DNA of 8,901 nucleotides. Origin: an uncultured Mycoplasma sp. GTDB taxonomy: Bacteria; Bacillota_I; Bacilli_A; RF39; UBA660. Location of the stretch: NCBI GenBank assembly GCA_964430785.1, contig CAYSFJ010000014.1, forward strand, positions 13,856 through 22,756, read 5' to 3'. The stretch's first letter is position 1. Every line of letters begins with the position of its first letter. The notes below the pieces were generated by a model. That model had not been told where the DNA came from. It did no database searches and saw nothing but the letters and a program-made list of their open reading frames with translations. Shown piece after piece: positions 6,445 to 8,901 of this stretch. The position numbers and the translations under genes are program-made.

Positions 6445-6495
6445 TTTACATTAGTACCCCCCCGACTTTACATTTTCTTTACATTCATTTACATT
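6445..6495 (-). repeat. Four phased copies of the octamer TTTACATT (minus strand AATGTAAA)
   Basis: Copies lie at 6445..6452, 6467..6474, 6478..6485 and 6488..6495, with spacings of 22, 11 and 10 nt. The first two extend to an 11-mer, gactttacatt (6442..6452 and 6464..6474), and they flank the homopolymer. Confidence 0.6.
6457..6463 (-). repeat. C7 (minus strand G7) homopolymer at the frame break of the MSL-like gene
   Basis: Plus strand reads gtaCCCCCCCgac. It is the longest G/C homopolymer I noticed in this very AT-rich window. Losing one G would join the ATG-6510 frame to the 6072..6392 frame. Confidence 0.9.
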
Positions 6496-6540
6496 TTTAA
6501 ATAAGCTCATTTTTTTCCGTCCTTTCAAATTATTTATTTT

Positions 6541-6573
6541 TTTCAAAATCGGCTTCACAATGCGAAGCACGAT
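6541..6573 (-). terminator. Conserved GC-rich hairpin / weak terminator after target gene 2
   Basis: The hairpin is the same as at 2982..3007, with a single loop difference (a2995 versus t6561). The stem pairs 6548..6556 with 6564..6573. Only about 4 T residues follow on the minus strand, so read-through into the MSL-avd-RT operon is plausible. Confidence 0.5.
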
Positions 6574-6580
6574 TTATTAT

Positions 6581-8290
6581 TTACATTCCCAATACGTATG
6601 GGCTTGCCATTGTTCCATCACCAGACAATTTATTAACATTAGATTGAAGATACAAGACTGGCCGAACTGCATAACCGATATACGCATAGAGGTTGTTGAG
6701 CCCGCCACCGTAGTAGACGTCAACAGGGTGCGAAGCTCTGTAAGCTGTCATTGTCCATTCATAACTTTGACCAAATAGCCAATTATTAACCATTTGACTA
6801 TTAGCACTTCCATAACCCAAATTTCCAGTATAACTACTTATAGCATAGCCAAAATCGCTTGCATACATAAGTCCTACCATAGTATTTTCTGAAGTTTGTT
6901 TTGTTATCTCTTTAGCATAAAAATTACTTGAAGATAAACTATATGAATTAGCCATTCCAATGTTATAATAAACGCTTTCTATTATAGTACCATAACTATC
7001 ATTTTCATTAATACCATTTTGTGAATAATTACATACACCTTGATTAGTTGAATATGCATAGCAATATTTTGAACAACCATCTTTTTTACCTAAATAACAT
7101 GTATTTAAAAGTCCTTGAATACTGCTTCCATTCCAAGTTGAATTACCGGTTATATTGTAAGCATATGCTCCGATTGGATCAGCTTTAATAATTTTAACTC
7201 TATTTTCCCATTTAGTACACTGTGCTTCACCTTGTTTAAATGATATTCCGTCAATTGTAGTATCCTCAGTGATAGGATTAACCTCTAAACATACTGGTAC
7301 ATAACCAATAATTCTCCACAACTCATTATTAAAATATACATAATTATTTGGATTATTACCTTGATATCTATATTGATTTGTATTATTATCTGTTACATTA
7401 GTTATTACACCATCCCCAGATGTACCAATACCATTTATAATAACATCTGATAAAAGTGTACCAGTTACATTACTAGATGTAATAAGTGATGCACTTGCAC
7501 CATCATTTGCACCATTTTTAATTGAAATCATTTTATTAATATTATCCCACTCAATATCCGAAGAATTAATGCCACTTAAACTAGATAATGAATAATTACT
7601 ATTAGGATTATTATATGGATCTTGGGCAACATTTATATTTATTTGATTTACTGGTTCAGTTTGATAACAAGTAATATTTGTCACATTAAATACTCCAGAA
7701 TATTTTTTATTCTTTAAATTAGATTGATCATATGCTAAATTATAAAATTTAGTATTTATAGTCCAGTTATGTACTGAAGTGCTACCTTTTTTAGAATTAG
7801 ATATTTTTGCATTTTTTACTACAGTCATATTTGCTGAAGGAAAATCATCCTCACTTAAAAATTCATTACTACCCACTTCTGGACCTATAACTTGTAATGT
7901 AAATTCTTTAAAAGTTCCACTTGTTTTCGTAGTATATTTATCTGAAGAACTATCATAAGTAAAATTAATATCATAAGTACATGTTATTCCTACTTTATCA
8001 CTATTAGCATCTAAACTTACATTTAACATGCTTGTGCTACTAGCAATATAATTTGAACTAGTTTCCTCAGTCATATTGTATGGATCAACTGTTATTGAAA
8101 AGTTTGTTGATGTAGTATCAAGTACAGCATTATCTATTTTATTTGCAGTAATATTAACGTTCATAACATTATTTAAATTTACATCAAACATTCCTAAGTA
8201 TCCAAAAGATACCGTTATGGCTAGTACTAATGTAATTATAATTGATAATATTAATACTTTCTTCTTATCATCTATTTTCTTCATAATCAT
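6581..8290 (-). CDS. DGR variable (target) protein 2: membrane anchor, long N/S/T-rich ectodomain, Cys-rich C-terminal putative lectin-fold domain carrying VR2
   Basis: 569-aa ORF with TM anchor VLILSIIITLVLAITVSFGYLG. The C-terminal module (NPNNYVYFNNELWRIIG...VGLMYASDFGYA...NNWLF..EWTMTAY) is paralogous to target 1. VR2 encodes ASHPVDVYYGGGLNNLYAYIGYAV. The true start is probably the second ATG (8284), because the AGGA RBS is only 2 nt from ATG 8290 but 8 nt from ATG 8284. Confidence 0.9.
   Translation of the reverse strand: MIMKKIDDKKKVLILSIIITLVLAITVSFGYLGMFDVNLNNVMNVNITANKIDNAVLDTTSTNFSITVDPYNMTEETSSNYIASSTSMLNVSLDANSDKVGITCTYDINFTYDSSSDKYTTKTSGTFKEFTLQVIGPEVGSNEFLSEDDFPSANMTVVKNAKISNSKKGSTSVHNWTINTKFYNLAYDQSNLKNKKYSGVFNVTNITCYQTEPVNQININVAQDPYNNPNSNYSLSSLSGINSSDIEWDNINKMISIKNGANDGASASLITSSNVTGTLLSDVIINGIGTSGDGVITNVTDNNTNQYRYQGNNPNNYVYFNNELWRIIGYVPVCLEVNPITEDTTIDGISFKQGEAQCTKWENRVKIIKADPIGAYAYNITGNSTWNGSSIQGLLNTCYLGKKDGCSKYCYAYSTNQGVCNYSQNGINENDSYGTIIESVYYNIGMANSYSLSSSNFYAKEITKQTSENTMVGLMYASDFGYAISSYTGNLGYGSANSQMVNNWLFGQSYEWTMTAYRASHPVDVYYGGGLNNLYAYIGYAVRPVLYLQSNVNKLSGDGTMASPYVLGM
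6665..6736 (-). repeat. DGR variable repeat VR2
   Basis: Aligns without gaps to the TR (offset 2107). There are 12 mismatches, all at TR coding-strand adenines: TR positions 4571, 4581, 4583, 4584, 4594, 4601, 4602, 4605, 4608, 4614, 4623 and 4624. Homology ends at TR 4629/4630. Confidence 0.92.
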
Positions 8291-8310
8291 TTTCCTATCT
8301 TTACTAATTT

Positions 8311-8339
8311 ATCATATCATAATAAGTCCACTTTTCCAA
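8311..8339 (-). promoter_or_regulatory. Candidate promoter for target gene 2
   Basis: Minus strand reads TTGGAA (8339..8334), a 17-nt spacer, then a TG-extended TATGAT (8316..8311), about 20 nt upstream of the RBS. The -35 element lies in the loop of a small hairpin (ccactt/aagtgg, 8328..8343). Chance matches are common in AT-rich DNA. Confidence 0.3.
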
Positions 8340-8406
8340 GTGGTTATTTATAAATTTTTTTGTAAATAATTTTACCATTAATTAAAAAAGTAAATATAAT
8401 TCCAGT

Positions 8407-8901
8407 TTAATTAGCTATTTTAAATTCCCTTGCAAATATTCTTTCATCAGAACAGTACTCAATTATATATTTATTATTTCTAGCACATATTATTATTCCA
8501 ATAGTTTTATCATCAGTTATATCTTTTATATTTTTATCAATATAGTTCATATAAACTTGTATTTGTCCAATATGTTCTTTTTTTAGTTCAGTAACTTTGA
8601 GTTCAATAACTACAAAACATTTATATTTAAAGTTATATAAAAGTAAATCTATATAATTATAATTATTTCCAAGTTTTATTTTATATTCGTTCCCAGCATA
8701 AGTAAAACCGTTACCTAACCCTTTTAAAAAGTTATCTAAGTTATTAAGTATCGCCTCTTTAAGGGTATATTCAGTTATTTTTTCTTGATTGTTTTTACTT
8801 TTAATTAATATTGGATTTGGAACTAAATCAGGTAATTTTAATTCTTCATTTGTAATTAATTTATTTTTAGTTTCCTCGCTAAGTTTTTCATATTCTTTAG
8901 A
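8407..8901 (-). CDS. YhcG/DUF1016-family PDDEXK nuclease domain protein, C-terminal part (N-terminus off the right edge)
   Basis: Not in the supplied track. My translation from 8901 is open for 164 codons to TAA at 8409..8407. It reads ...FLKGLGNGFTYAGNEYKIKLGNNYNYIDLLLYNFKYKCFVVIELKVTELKKEHIGQIQVYMNYID...TIGIIICARNNKYIIEYC. This matches the E. coli YhcG C-terminal pattern (GFAFVGRQ...DLLFYH..L.CYVVIELK...GKLNFY...IGLLLC, from memory). Confidence 0.8.
   Translation of the reverse strand, partial: SKEYEKLSEETKNKLITNEELKLPDLVPNPILIKSKNNQEKITEYTLKEAILNNLDNFLKGLGNGFTYAGNEYKIKLGNNYNYIDLLLYNFKYKCFVVIELKVTELKKEHIGQIQVYMNYIDKNIKDITDDKTIGIIICARNNKYIIEYCSDERIFAREFKIAN

Larger units (their letters stand above)
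3008..8290 (-). mobile_element. Diversity-generating retroelement cassette (target2 - MSL-like - avd - RT - TR - MSL-like - target1)
   Basis: Combination of an RT with DGR-type motifs, Avd, a non-coding TR and two cognate VRs with adenine-only differences. Confidence 0.9.

Noticed and set aside
6560-6778. 72-aa plus-strand ORF overlapping VR2
   Set aside because: It is antisense to the conserved C-terminus of target 2 and spans the terminator hairpin. It is open only because the VR region is GC-rich.
8328-8343. Small hairpin ccactt-ttcc-aagtgg as terminator of the YhcG-like gene
   Set aside because: The stem is only 6 bp and no T-run follows on the minus strand. The T-rich tract follows on the plus strand, which has no gene. 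I kept it only as context for the candidate promoter.
8076-8369. 97-aa plus-strand ORF
   Set aside because: It is antisense to the target-2 N-terminus and promoter region. It has no supporting signals.
1-8901. Alternative genetic code (TGA reassigned, as in Mollicutes or some candidate phyla) suggested by the extreme AT-richness
   Set aside because: All long ORFs are intact under the standard code, and Trp in conserved motifs (for example EWTMT, NNWLF) is encoded by TGG. There is no evidence of in-frame TGA.
1-8901. CRISPR arrays, tRNA/rRNA genes, IS elements or integrases
   Set aside because: I saw no regularly spaced direct repeats with spacers, no cloverleaf-like GC-rich segments, and no transposase- or integrase-like ORFs. 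The only repeats are the DGR TR/VRs, the twin hairpins and the octamer array.

Overview
Very AT-rich window that reads cleanly in the standard genetic code. Every credible gene is on the minus strand, and several start/stop codons overlap, which suggests operons. The core (3008..8290) is a complete diversity-generating retroelement (DGR). It has a reverse transcriptase (4663..5724), an Avd accessory protein (5705..6088) and a 71-73 nt template repeat (TR, 4558..4630) that begins 32 nt after the RT stop. It has two variable repeats (VR1 3098..3170, VR2 6665..6736) near the C-termini of two paralogous, membrane-anchored, Cys-rich proteins. By hand alignment, all 23 TR/VR mismatches (11 in VR1, 12 in VR2) fall on template adenines of the coding strand, and none fall on C, G or T. 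The TR reads as an Asn-codon-rich (AAC/AAT) scaffold that cannot mutate to a stop codon. Two small ORFs resembling MutS mismatch-binding domain I accompany the element (4131..4400 and 6072..6392). The second has lost its start through a frame break at a G7 homopolymer (6457..6463), which sits inside a 22-nt unit flanked by 11-nt direct repeats. Both target genes end with a near-identical GC-rich hairpin. A structured non-coding spacer follows the TR. The left flank carries a signal-anchored serpin (1726..2901) translationally coupled to a HerA/DUF87-type ATPase (1..1717, partial, missing from the supplied ORF track). The right flank carries the C-terminal part of a YhcG/DUF1016-type PDDEXK nuclease (8407..8901, also missing from the track). 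No tRNA, rRNA, CRISPR array, transposase or integrase was seen.
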